Shown here in pieces: positions 1-13,244 of a stretch of 64,000 nucleotides of DNA. The notes beneath the pieces are model-generated. The model was not told the origin of the DNA. It worked only from the letters and a program-made list of their open reading frames with translations, and ran no database searches. Origin of the DNA: Trichosphaerium sp. ATCC 40318 (Eukaryota; Protista; Tubulinea); NCBI GenBank assembly GCA_038496445.1, contig JALMLS010000391.1, positions 2,066 through 66,065 on the forward strand, in the 5' to 3' direction. Each line of letters starts with the position of its first letter. Within the stretch, counting starts at the first letter, position 1. Position numbers and translations under genes: made by a program.

Positions 1-1449
1 ATTATAAACATGGTTTACAAAAGTTTGACGCTATGGGCTTTGGAATAGACTCACCAATGCTTACTGAGTTTTTGATACGCGTGGGAAAGAACTTAGACCA
101 AGACCAATTTGTGGCATGCCTAATGAACCATGTGCGTTTCTTTTTTGGAAGTCAGCTTTTTGCCTAAAACGGTTGATGATGTCCTTCAATTATGTTCTCA
201 ATATGGCACTCCATGAGTGGCACTGAACTGTTTTAAATGACAGCACCTTTTTGCAATGGAATCGTAGTTGCTCATTGGTAGAAAACGTGTTGTCATGACA
301 TATTATTGTTATTGCTTTTTTCTTATTATTTTAGAGTCTGTGCTTGGCTTGATTTTATCACGTATTGACTTTAAAGATCGAAGTATAGTACAAGCTATAA
401 CAAGCGTGTGTAAAATCATAAAATTACCAGAATACGCTCATGAGATTCAGGTGTAAGTACTTTCAAGATGAAATCTAAAGGTTTTTTTTTCTTGTTTTCT
501 TGACATAATGTCATTGTCATATTCATTTCTTTAGGTTTTTTCAGCAGCTTAGCGAAGAATACTTTTATCAAAACCCTAATATATATCCAGATACTGATAC
601 TGTATTCGATTTCTTATATAGTGTGGTACATTTACCTTCCTAAATTCCTTTTTTCGCAAAAAAGAATCTTTGCAGACAATTTTTTTTTGAAGAAACTTCT
701 TATCTTAGGTTTTTACTCAACAAGCTAATCAATACAACATTGTCTACATACAATTATTAGCTGATTTCAAATACTAGGTTTCGCTTAATACAAGCTTACA
801 CAATATAAATATTGGCAAAAAGTATCAACTAACAAAACAACAATTTTTTCAGGCAGCATAGTACACAAACTAGATATGAAAGTCACATAAAAAACTAACC
901 ACCAATCACTTTCTTCACATCTAATTTTTAAACAAGGTCCTGAGCTAAGGTTTAAATACTTACAGGGTTTGTAGGGTCCACACAAACGCCTTCCTGAAGG
1001 ATTTACAGATAAGCTGTATGATGAGGTCAAAAAAAAGTATTATTTATGAGCCAAGTATATCATGGTCAGGTATCTTGACTATATCATACAACAATAACAA
1101 ATACAGTACTTCACAGTTTTTATGCTGTTGTGATGTAAGAAGAGGTAATATAGAAGTATCCACTAATTCCCTAATATATCTTGTTTGTATTAAACTAAAG
1201 GACATGGTTGTTGAGGTAGCAATCTTTTTTGAACTTTTTCTCAGACACACTGAGTGCGTAAAAAGTATGACTTATCAATGATAATAGGTAGGTAAAAAGA
1301 CTATTATATTGAAGTGTAAGGATAACGAGAAAAAGATAGTTTTGATAAAGAAGAGAAAGAAAAAAAGACTTTCTAAGATTACACTTATGTTTAATACTTT
1401 GGTATCGTGTGCTGATTGTTTTAAAAGTATTAAAGAATGTTGTATTTGA
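1..1449 (+). CDS. F-box/Sec7-domain gene copy A (5' end outside window; possibly pseudogene)
   Basis: Exons read YKHGLQKFDAMGFGIDSPMLTEFLIRVGKNLDQ..., IDFKDRSIVQAITSVCKIIKLPEYAHEIQV|FFQQLSEEYFYQNPNIYPDTDTV, VSLNTSLHN, RLPEGFTDKLYDEV, collinear with Sec7 consensus (DF..LVQALR.F...FRLPGEAQKI...Y...NP....DT; IMLNTSLHN). 3' splicing not cleanly resolved. Confidence 0.65.
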
Positions 1450-1891
1450 TAGTGTCTCTTACTTGATAGGATAGTATGAAAGCCAGTGAATATCCATGTG
1501 ATTTACATTTGTGAGAGTTTGGGAACCTGCCAACACCTTTTTATGCCAATCAGTTATGAGTCTTGGCATATGGATTGACAATAAGATACAAGCATCTCAG
1601 GTGTTTCACAACCCCTTGAAGTATTGAACAAACAACAACAAAACATGACGAGTATTGCACAAATAATATTGTGACTTTTTTTAACTAACATGACGTCATT
1701 TATTACTCTTACATGTTAACACTTTTGCCACTATTAGTTTTGAATATTGTACTCCAGCAAGTTGCACGAGATTGATCACAGAAGTTTCTGACAAGTTACC
1801 AATGAAATTAAAGCCATGTCAAATGGTAAGGCCTATTTTTGAATCCAAAGTGATGTTGTGCGATATTAGCCAATATTTTAGATGTACGACT
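1..1891. repeat. ~1.9 kb inverted segmental duplication, left arm
   Basis: Near-identical to the reverse complement of 17111-18967; the same ORFs appear on opposite strands in the ORF track. Confidence 0.97.
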
Positions 1892-2065
1892 GAGTGCATG
1901 GTAAACAATGAAACATATTGTAGGATACATTATAACTTCAACATGAGTTTCATAGATGCGTTGCCTATACGAAGACCATGGTCTAGCTAACGGTGTACCA
2001 AATCAATCATTAAGTGTCAATTACGGAATGAATTGCCAAAAAAAAATTCAAAGAACTGCCATTTC

Positions 2066-2165
2066 ATCTAATAAACCACCAAAGGCCGGTGAGGTCATGA
2101 AGAACCCTATACTTTGCGCGACATTTCGCTCTCTAGCAAAGGACGGCAAAGACGGCTTCTATAGG
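2066..2165 (+). pseudogene. orphan exon resembling gamma-glutamyltransferase
   Basis: NKPPKAGEVMKNPILCATFRSLAKDGKDGFYR followed by a GTGAGT donor; resembles the GGT segment 'P.AGE.MKNP.LA.TF..LA..GK.GFY.G'; no other GGT exons seen. Confidence 0.55.
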
Positions 2166-2280
2166 GTGAGTTGCTACCAGTACTGCGGCTTTTTTTTTTG
2201 TGTTTTTGCAAATACACAATGTTGTTTTATTCATTGAAGAGTACTAGCTCAGTGATGTCAATTATGCGTTTTTACTCACG

Positions 2281-2699
2281 ATGAGCACTAAACGTAAAAG
2301 CTCCCCTATCGCAAAAAAACAAGAGGTACCACTTGTCACGTGTTTATTTAACCTCAAACTTGAACGTAGACGAAAACTCATGTATTGGATCTTCCATTAG
2401 AGCTACTACTTGATATTATTGATTTAGATAATGAAATTTACATAAAATGGCCTCTTATATCAAAATATACAGCAACAAGCACAAGGTTTGATAATAACTT
2501 GAACAAACATGGAAAATGGACAAAACACCCAGTACCAAAATGGAGGCGGCGATGTAAAGAAAATGAAGAACACATTGTGTGGTTTAACGGTGGTCAAGTG
2601 TATTTTAATTTTGACTATCAAATAGCCATTCTTGTAAAAATTGACTATCAAATAGCCAATGTAAAAAAAAAAACCAAAGCCAGTAACAATAATAATTAA
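2281..2699 (+). CDS. small F-box-like protein (2 exons)
   Basis: MSTKRKSSPIAKKQR|TKTHVLDLPLELLLDII has an F-box-like L.DLP.ELL..I start; an 18-bp internal duplication (TTGACTATCAAATAGCCA at 2611 and 2641) suggests decay. Confidence 0.4.
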
Positions 2700-2862
2700 C
2701 GTTCTCTGCAACAAGAGTCCGAGTTACATATGCCATTGTACGTCCTCCGTTCATTTGTTACTTTTAAGCTTAATGCTAGGTAAAATTTACTTACTGCTTG
2801 TGAGGTGCGAGCAATGACTTATTAGTCGTTAAAAGTCGCCAAATCGATAACTATCAACAAAT

Positions 2863-5800
2863 ATGGCAGAGGAAACGCGTACTCCTGTTTTCTTCAATGA
2901 GCTTCACTATGAAGATATGCTTTCAGATCAATTTGAAGGTAACTAAACCGACTACAATTGATAAATCACGTGACAAATCTTTTTTCCAAAAAGGTTTCGA
3001 AATCGCCGCTCCAGGTGGTACAAACTTGAAGGGATGGTCAGTTTCGCTTTATGGAGGTACGTTACCAAAATACCGTTAAATCACAACGGAGAAAAAAGAT
3101 CCTCAGCTTTCTCTTGTGTTACTCCGTCCGTATCTAGCATATTCTTATCACGTGCGCGTCTAGGTGCCGATGGTAAGGTTTATAAGACGGTAGAACTGAA
3201 AGGACTTGTACCTGATTTACAAGTACGTTGAGTGTAATGACACGAGGCTAGATTGTTCTCTTTCCTAATCAAAACCAAGAACGGTTTCGGAGTACTCTTT
3301 TTTTTTGTAAAAGGCATCCACGACGGTACGACCACGTTTTTTCCATCACCAACGCTAATGTTTACCACAAGGATCATCTAATGGCGATGGTATGGCTCTC
3401 GTAGATAAGAGTGGTAAAGTCCGACAATTTTTGAGCTACGAAGGCGCTTTTGAGGCTACTGATGGTAAATTACTTCTTGTGAAAGATTTGGTAAAATTTT
3501 TTAGGTCCTGCAAAAGGAATGACCAGTGACAAGATACCTGTCGCCGAATTCGAGTGGTCTCACCATGAGAACTCTCTTCAACTCCAAGGCAAAGGTAGTT
3601 GCTACGAAGATTTCGAATGGAAAGGTCCAGTAGACTCTACTCCAGGCGAAGTTAACGGTGAACAAGTATTCGGTAAGGTTTTACTAAGACCTATTTCGTG
3701 TTTTGCTTATTTTTAAATTGTAGAGGGCGTTCCAATCTCCGCTCCAGAACCTGGTCACGTGACTCTTGAAACTTTCACTGGCATTAATCGTGAATCGCAT
3801 CATACCACTGATTATGTTAATAAGAGTATGCTCATACTAAGACGTGCTAATACTTTCCAACTTGGGTTCAAAACAAATCTTGGTACGAAATTAGCATTTA
3901 ACTTGTTTTTACGCTTCTTTTTTTGACTCTTAGCCACTGTTTTATTAATGCTGGATACATAGAACCTAGTGCGCTTACTATTGTACTGACTGTATTCCCT
4001 GAGACTAGCGAACAAGTCAAAATCAAGGCATGATGTCACATTCGTTTTATTACTAATTCTCGAAAAGGTGTTAGATGCAAAACCAGAAGAGTTGAGTAAG
4101 ACAGAGTGGCAGCTTTTGTGAAAGAAAAGTCAGATGATGGCTTCTTAGCAATGGTCAGGTATACAAAACGACAGACGTAAAATCAAGTTACTCTAACACA
4201 ATTTTTCTCTGTCAGTATTCCCGCCAATGCAAAAATCGGACAATACTCACTCTCTGTAACAAACGGAGATGTAACAGACGAATCAACTCATCCCGTTATC
4301 GTTCTATTCAATCCATGGAGTGAAGATGATGGTGTATATATGGAAGATGACTCTTGGAGAACTGAATACGTTCTAAACCAGGAAGGAGTTGTTTGGGTAC
4401 CCATCTCTTAAAAACACAGTTTCTGAAGTTGCTTTGCTAACACGTTTCTCAAAGCAAGGAAGTGAATGGGTTAAAGTACCTCAAAGATGGCTTTATGCAC
4501 AGTTCGAGGAGTTGAGTGTTTTAGCATGCTTGAAGCTTGTTGAAATGATACCTCTTGAGAATCGTGGAGATCCTGTTTTATTCTCGAGAAAATTAAGTGC
4601 TCTTGTTAATGTTCAAGATGAGGGTGGAGTACTTGTAGGAAACTGGAGTGGTACGTCATCTACCTAATGGGTTAGAAACGCTAAATTTTCGTTAGGTAAT
4701 TATGCTGATGGCACTAAACCAAAGGCGTGGGTAAGTTCACATCCTATTTTGGAACAGTTTTATGTAAGTGGCCAAGGTGTTAAGTATGGTAAGTCTTTTA
4801 CTATTATCTTTTTGAGTTTATCATGTATTGATCATTATATGTAGGTCAATGCTGGGTATTTGGTATGTTTAGTATGTAAGTGTTTCTAAGTATACTTACA
4901 TTGTTTCAAGCTGCCGTATTGTGTTCGGTCTGTAGGTGCCTTGGTATTCCATGTCGTCCAATTACAAACTTTAACTCAGGTTCCCAAAACATTTCTGTAG
5001 TATTTTCGCTTACTCCTTGTTTTTTTAGCGCATGACACCTCTTTTGATAGAGGTATCGAGTATTATTTTTATCGTGATGGCGATGGAAAGCTTGTTCAAG
5101 ACAGTTCTGTCACATCTGACTCAATTTGGTACTAAGCTACAACTTGTTTAAAGGTTTTTTGTATCTGATTATTTCTTTAGGAACTTTCATGTGTGGAATG
5201 ATGTCTGGTACAATATCGTTGTTGACAAAGTACTTGAGTTTATTAATAATGTATAGGATGCGCAGACCTGATTTACCTTCCGGATATGGTGGATGGCAAG
5301 CACTAGATTCGACACCACAGGTATGCCTGGTTGAAACCAAAGAAGTTTTCAAACACATTCGTTTAGGAAAAGAGTGAAGGTATTTTCCAGACAGGACCTT
5401 GTCCTATTACCGCTATCAAAGCAGGGGAAAAGGATAAATCTATCAAATACGATTTGGACTTTATATACGCTGAAGTAAACGCAGATGTAAAGTATGGTCA
5501 TATCATTTAGTTTTTCTTAGAATTGTATCTGACTCAATTTAAGGCACTTCGCAAAGGGAGAGAGTGGTGAGTATGAACTCATAAAGGTAGAGACTACCAA
5601 GGTACGTTTTTATTACATCTGTTGCGGAGGTATGTAAATATATATGTAGGTTGGTCAATCTCTGTGGACTAAATCTGTTGGATCTTTTTTGAAAACTTTT
5701 GCAACATCTCAGTATAAGTACAAAGAAGGCTCGGCTGCAGAACGTGCAGTGCACCTTGATGAAAACAATGGTACGTATTTTAATCTCATATGTTACCGGT

Positions 5801-6720
5801 TATAATTACTAATATCTTAATTTCTGTAGAAGCTTTCACTGTTACGTTTGATGTCGATCACAACAAGGTTAGATAAAAAATACGAATAAAACAAGAAAAA
5901 TAGTTGACTTCTCAAACAGGTTGCTGGTGAAGACTTCGTTGTCAAGATGAAACTCAAGCGTATTAAGACTGAAGGAGCTGTTGATACAAATGTAAAGTAC
6001 GTCCTCAAAACTCAATAGCAGAGCGAGGCAGAAAAAAAGCATTCTGAACTAATTTTCCATCCTTTAGTGTCACCTTCAGCGCTTACGCTGTTTACTACAC
6101 TGGAAAGCCTAGAAGTAGTTTCAAATCAGAAAATACTAACCTTACTATCCCTGCTGATGGTTCCGAAGTTGATTTCTCTGTGCCTATTACTGTGAATGAC
6201 TACTTGGCTCTTCTAGATGATGACCATCAAATGAAGTTTAACGTTTATGTTCTTTCGGAAGATAAGAAAGAAACAGCACTACAATCTCTTGATTTTGACC
6301 TTGATAACCCTGTGATCAATATCGAACTAGAAGGTGTATCAGATTTGACAATAAACGAAGGTAAACACAAAAACCAAGTACGCTCAGATTGTTAACAAAA
6401 GAAAATTCTAGGTGACAACATAAATGTTAATGTTTCAATGAAAAATACACTTCCTGTTGCACTCACAGGTGCCACATTTATTGTCGAATGTCCTGGATTA
6501 TTGAAGCGTAAGAAAGTCACTATTTCAGATGTATCCCCAGGCGCTGATGCAAAAGCAACGGTAGCTGTTAAGGGTAAGAATCAATTGAGCTTTTTTTTAA
6601 AGTTGGTTCTAAAGTATCTTTTTTCTAGCGACAAGGAAAGGAAAGCTTGATTTGAATGTCACGTTTGATGCTAAAGAACTTGCTCCTGTTCATGGAGACG
6701 TTGATGTAACCGTGAATTAG
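2863..6720 (+). CDS. protein-glutamine gamma-glutamyltransferase (animal/Physarum-type transglutaminase) with N-terminal bacterial lamin-tail-like domain
   Basis: Spliced motifs [27 protein letters not shown] (catalytic Cys), [16 protein letters not shown] (His), [11 protein letters not shown] (Asp), [17 protein letters not shown], then two C-terminal Ig-like barrels; TAG at 6718-6720. Confidence 0.95.
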
Positions 6721-7826
6721 TTTGAGTACAACTCATTGGTAAAGAAACAACTTTTCAAATAAAGAGTTATTTTCAGAAACACGTGTAATCTCCAACTAAA
6801 GTTTATAGCGTTTGTTTACTATAATGTGTTTTGACAAAGATGTTGTTGGTTAAGGTCTGCTAGACAATGAAAAACATTGAAGTTAGTTTCAGAAATCAGT
6901 GATTTAGCTGTTTTTGGTTGTTTACAAAGATCTAACTAATGCGTAGTAGCTTGTAACAACTGTTTGGTGCGTAAACGGTTTAGACCCAAAGTGAAACCAT
7001 AGCAAACATGGAAAAATGCGGATTGAGATGAAGGAATTAGTTTAGGTTCTTGGTTTTTTTTGCATTTTTAGTTAAACTCTTTTTCCCACAGTCGTTCAAC
7101 GTCTCTGTATTGCTTTTTGAGCGTAGAAAACGTTGTTCGATATTGTCTCACGTTAAGTGCCTCAGTTTTTTAGGTAGTAACCGGAAAAATGCGCAAAATA
7201 AGTGAGTTTGTTTATTCACAGGTTGAAAATAAAAACCAAGAATTTTTGACTTGTAGCGACTCCAGACCGAAACAGCCAGTGTTAATAGGGACTGTCACAA
7301 ATACTGTTTAGTTAAACCTTTATGTATACCCAATCCAGATCTTTATTGCCACCGATGATAACCCAACGTAAGGGCAGCATCGCTTTTGAGACAGTTTCGA
7401 AAATTATGACATTTTTAATTTAATTTATTATTTACGGATTACGAGAATCATTGAGACGTTTTTACTCACCTCAGAACCGTCCTAACTTTAAATTGCTACT
7501 TTGAACATTTAGCCAGTATTCTATACTTAGAGTACGTAAAAAAATTTTTGCGATTCGTTCTTGCTGTGCCGAGGAAAAGTACCGCAAAGCAATTTTTTTA
7601 CAACAAACTTTTCAAAAATGTCGGAATTTCTGAATGTGTTAGGTAAGTTCATTGTATTCAACGTTGCACTACTCTATGTTATTCTAAATACCTAAATGGT
7701 ATGCAAAAGAGTAACTACATGCCTTTGTAAGTTTTCCCGGGCAAGGTTACTGTGTCTTATTATAACTGGTACGATTGTAATTCTTAAAGCTACAAAACGT
7801 GTAATAGCGAAAATACAAGCGTCAGT

Positions 7827-9662
7827 ATGGTTAACAAAAGGCTAGGAGCGATATTCATTATATTCCAATTTATACTGGTTGAGGGACGCAGTGCCACTTC
7901 CTATGAGCCCAATGCAAGCACAGGTACGTATTTTGTAGTTTTAATATCGCTGTGAAACAATAATCTCCCTAAAACGCACTTACACGCTATTTTAGCGCAA
8001 ATACTTGAAAGAGGACTAGAAAGAACGCCCATAATTAAAAATATCCTTCATTTCATGCGGTTCATCTCAAGACCACTATACGACAGTACGTCATGATATT
8101 ATCTGTCAGAATAAAATAATTAAACAAATTCTATTTAACCACTAACATGGTTTCAGGTCAAAGTTATGATGACTGGCACAAATTCTCGTATAATCCCACT
8201 AACCTACCCGAAACTTGTACAAAAAATGGGTGGGCAGTGCGCAAAGACAGTGTCAAGTTGTACGATGCCTTCTTATTCAGTCACGTGAGTGTCACGTGAT
8301 GATATTCTTTTTGCAACACAACAAAAAAGCAATTGCTGACTCTGGTGTATTAAAGGAACTTGATATCTTGGAGATTCGGCTTAAGGAACTATATGACATA
8401 GTTGATTTTTTCGTAATTACTGAATCCAAACAGACATTTTCTAAGCAAGGTGACGTTGACTACTTTAATTTTTTTCGAAAATTGCTTATTTGGGTTTTTT
8501 GTAAAAATGTTTAACAATAATTATTAGGCCAGAAAAACTTGTTTTTTAACCTTACTAAATCTACGCGGTTTAAAAAATATATGCCAAAGATAATTCATCA
8601 CATTACAGAACCGGGTGGTAAGTTACAAATACAGACTTAAACCAAGTTTATTCCCAAAATAGGAACTTTGTTTCTTGCCGAAGCCAAGTCCAGAAATTCC
8701 CAACAACAAGGATTAATGGAGGTACAAATCACCTCAATATGTGGTATACTCATACCTAACTAGGCTGGTATTAAACCAGGTGACATCGTTTTTTTAAGTG
8801 ACGTTGATGAGATACCAAGAAAGTCTGCATTAAAATTATTTAAAACATGCTCTCAGTACGTTTACTCCTGCAAGTGCTTACCTATAAATACCTAACAATC
8901 TATTAGGTTTCCTAGCATAGTATACTTCTCTTTGCGACATTATATGTATAGTTTTGTTTACCCTTTGGAGTATCATGTAACAGGTAAGAAAAGATTGATT
9001 GTTTGTTCGCCGTTTTCTTTGTACTTAGTTGTTTGGTGTAGGAAAGGTTATCACCTATACATCAGGTGAGAATTACATGGGTCGTGTTAAAAAAGGTAAT
9101 GGAAATATGTTACTTAATGCGGGGTGGCATTGTAGCTTCTGTTTTAGGTGCGTACTAGTTAGCTATCTTTTTCCTCTCGTTTTTCTTTTCACTTCTTTTT
9201 TTGACAATATTCTAGATACTTAGATGATATCACACATAAACTACAGTCGTATTCACATAGAGAAAGATACAGAAAGTATCATGAGAATCTCAACTTACTC
9301 CAGAAGAAGATACAGAATGGGAACTTTATTTATGACTCAGTACGCCTTTTTTTTTTTTTTGTGATTTCAACACATCCATGATAAGCATGTGACTCAAGTA
9401 CTCATCTTTTTTCTTTAGTGGCCAGAAGCCTTCAGTTTTAAAAACATTTGGAGCCTTTGGCCGCCTTTTAGAAAGCACATTAGTGATGATGTGCCTATCG
9501 CTGTTAACAAAGACAAGAAAAACTTCGGATTCCTTAATACAAAGGTACACGACTTTCACGAACACGTGTTTTTGTTAACAACTGACGCAGGAATGCATAC
9601 GTGAACGTCATAATCCTATCACTTACTGGGATGAAATGTATCCTCGACCATATAAAAAGTAA
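7827..9662 (+). CDS. glycosyltransferase family 17 (MGAT3/GnT-III-like)
   Basis: YDAFLFSH-ELDILEIRLKELYDIVDFFVITES..TFS, GDIVFLSDVDEIP, AGWHCSFCF, KLQSYSH; hydrophobic N-terminus. Start uncertain (other ATGs at 7618 and ~7696). Confidence 0.9.
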
Positions 9663-10275
9663 GAAATAAACAAGATTGTATGATTTGTAACCATCTATCT
9701 CCTTTTCATTATCAATACCATAAACAGGAGAACCGCTAGTATTGATGTATCACACTGTGGGGGTGGTATAAAGTGAGTTGAGTTCAAACAGACGGTGGAA
9801 TTACATTTAAAGGCCAAATTCGGTTTCAATAAAGTGTGTAATAGTAAAGAATGGAATTGTACTGACAGGAAATACTTGTTATGTTTTGGATCTATGGTTT
9901 TTGGGATAATACAGAGGCTACTCAATACCAGCTTACTAAAAATGGAAGAAACGCTGAATTTCGCGTTTTCTTCATTATTTCTGGTTTAGGTAGATACAAC
10001 ATTTTGTCGCCCGTATCTCGGTTAGAAACAAGTTCAGCAATACTTACGGAAACAGAATGAGTTGGAAAGAAAAGCCGAAACCTTACGTGTGGTGCTAATT
10101 ACTTTCCGCCTTTTGTCACTTTTGTGCTTGAATACACTGGTACATGATAGTTCTGCATTGTGTTGTATGGTGATGCCAACATAACTTAATACAAGCATAA
10201 AACATACGACTACCTTGTTAAACACTGTATTGAATCAAATTTACAAATAAAGTACATAGTGTAACTCCCGTTTTA

Positions 10276-12790
10276 TCAACAACGTTCAAACATCTTCTTT
10301 AATGAACTGGAAGTAGCAATTTCATAAATCGTGCCTACAAACACAATTAAAAACAAAAAGAACTTTAGACCAAAAAGTTCTTTTCGAAACAAAAAAAAAA
10401 CCAACATACCATCAGTAGCCCATCGTTTTGGAGGCACAAAATTCTCTTTAAGAAGTGGGAAGAAAATATTACGTATTGCATTTTTGTATTTCTACGCGTG
10501 TATAAGTAAGCAGTTGAGTTTCTTTTGTTTTAACATACCTTGGAGTCATTCTCGTCTTGAGGTAAATGTACCTTGTAGTACTCAGCAAATTCTCTGGCAC
10601 AAGTATCATAATACTCCTTCTCATTTTCCCAATCAACCTGTACAAATAAATTAATCACGTGATTAGAGAAAGAACCAAAAACGAAAATGTCAAAAAGCGT
10701 ACACCAATACCAAGACGTAGTACAAAGTTAGACAGAGCTGCAACAGAAGGAATATAACCTTGAAGAATCAAAGGTAAACTCTTTAAATTGCCTTCCTCGT
10801 CAATATCAATATTCCAACCAAGTTCTAGCATCTCCCGTCTATCAATAAGCATGCTTTTTACATACTAGTAATCACAATTAGTTAACAACACGTGCTTGAA
10901 CATCTGCAAAGAAGGTGGACGTACATCAGAAATATCATGGAGATCATCTCCTGTAAGTTCTCCTTCATGCTGAGTCATAGAAGGATCAGCAGTGATAGCA
11001 GTTTTACATAGTTCATAAATGGATAAGCTATGAGACAACTCTATACGCTAAACAAAATTAAATTAACCAAGTTGAAGGACATAAACAAGAATGTACAGTG
11101 AAACGTCCAAAACACTGTAAAGCAGTTTGATAAACAAGTTCGTGAACTATATTATCTGCATTACACATGTAAATCTTTCCTCCTTGTTGAACAACAACAA
11201 ACTCGTCATCTTTATCAGGAACAATACTAATAAAGAATTAACAAGCAACCAGAATTACTCTCAGGCAGTAAGTGTTAATGCACATACCCAACAAAGTGGT
11301 GGTTGCAAAATACATCTGTAAGTTTTTTATGACCTTGCTTTTTGACGTCCTGAATACTCTTTAGTTAGTCCATCGATACTGTAAAGCTGTATACCTCTAG
11401 CAACTCTTGTACACAAGGTACCTCAACTTTTTTATCTTGAAGTTGTCTTTTTGGTACACTTGAATCAGATTTCTTTGTTGTTTTGCGCTTCTTCTTTGCA
11501 GGCCCGTCCGGCGTAAAGTCATCATCATCTGCACCGCTTTGATAGTCAAGCATACTAAAGGCTAGATGTGAGTATGAATAACCCGAAATCTATACTAACG
11601 ATAGTTGGCGCTTCTTAGAGGAAGCTGGAAAAGGCGATGCTGTATCATTGGATACATGTTTAGCCGGTGATGTTCGTTGAATCGGTACTGAGTTACGTGG
11701 AGAATTGAACGGTAAAGCTGATTTTTGTGGTGAAGTCACTGGACTTCTGTGTCCAGCTGTGGCAGGTATTACCTAGTGATAGGATTAAAGCACTGCGGAA
11801 TTATTAAATAAATCAAAGAATCACATACGGAAGGATTAAATGGCCTCGAAACGTCAGCATTTTTGAGCTTCTCTATAATCGCATTTCTGATCTAAGAAGT
11901 TGTTATTTCTTTCAAAAGAAGATACTATCGTACGATATCAATGATTCCTTGTTCATGAAGAAATCGAACCTTCAAAAAATTTGAATTAGAAAAGCAAAAA
12001 ATGTTTACTTTACATTTACATACCTCTTCTTTAGCCGGGTGGACATTTACATCCAAGTGGCTTGGTTCAAGTTGTAGACTTATGTATACGAATGGATGTG
12101 ATCCACGCGAAATGTAACTTGAGTATGCTGCGTCCACGGCACGTTTCAGAGGTTTACATGATACCAAACGATCTTGTTGAAGATAAAAGTCAGTACATTT
12201 AACCCTTAACTGATTTTTGAACTTCTTGTGGCGTACGATTTATAAAAAGAACGAAGCAACTCTTCTTCGATGAGTATTCAGGCTTTGATAATCTGGCATC
12301 AACAGAAAACTTAAGTTTTTCATCTTCGATTGCAATCGTCAATATTGATTTTGATAGAGCGTGCCCAAACAATGTTGCAATATTATCAACTACTGTAAGA
12401 CCTTTTCTTGTATGAATATCAGCTTTATTAGTACCACTCTAAATAAAATAACATAAATATTAGCAATCCTTTGGGCACAACATGGTGGGAAACCAAAAAT
12501 ACTTTTTTTCTGAATTGATTTTTACCTTTTTTAGAGTGAACCCAACACCAGTGTTATGTAGTGCATATCGTTGTATTACATCAAAAACCTTTTTATATTG
12601 CGTCGTTTCATTCATACCACGCCGTCTTGATGTTGCATTATAAAACAGATCTTCAACCTGTTTCACATAAACACGTGACCATCAAAAATAATAAAACAAA
12701 AAAGATTTGAGCATACCTGAATCATTGTGCCTATTTTACCATGTGTCGGGGTTGGTTTAGTAGTCATCTTTCCATCTTGGTATACTGCCC
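10276..12790 (-). CDS. MLH1: DNA mismatch repair protein MLH1, 5'-truncated in this window
   Basis: AVYQDGKMTTKPTPTHGKIGTMIQ|VEDLFYN, HPFVYISLQLEPSHLDVNVHPAKEEV, LKSLPLILQGYIP, and the diagnostic C-terminal MFERC*. No exons for the first ~125 aa were found. Confidence 0.93.
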
Positions 12791-12989
12791 TTTAATATTA
12801 CGTTAGCGTTATGGGGTTTCATGCGCCACAGACAATACAATCCCAATCAGACAAACAACGGTTTTTTTGAATTGAAAAATTGAGTTTTGTAGTAAATGAA
12901 AAAAAATGTTTAGGAAGTGTTGGTGTGGTGGAAACTTACCTTAAACCAATGTATCCTTAATGTACAATGTGTACACAACCAATGCCTAA

Positions 12990-13244
12990 TTGGTGCCTGT
13001 AAATTTAAGGCTGGCAATGCATAAAAAAACTAGGGCAGGCATTGCCTAAAAAAAACAAGGCATTGCAATAATTAAGGCATTGCCCAACAAAGCCTTATTT
13101 CAATGCCTGATTTTTGCCTTTTTTGCCATTGCCTTTGCAAAATCAGGCATTGCCATTTTTGCATGCCTGATTTTTGCCATCAATGCCTGATTTTAAAAAA
13201 ATGCCTTCATATTTAAGGCAAAGCCTTGTTTAGTTTCAGCCCTG
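12990..13244. mobile_element. DNA transposon end (hAT/Ac-like TIR) with subterminal repeat array
   Basis: Ends in GTTTCAGCCCTG (reverse complement CAGGGCTGAAAC; Ac TIR is CAGGGATGAAA), preceded by many AGGCATTG/ATGCCTGA motifs; partner end not found. Confidence 0.6.
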
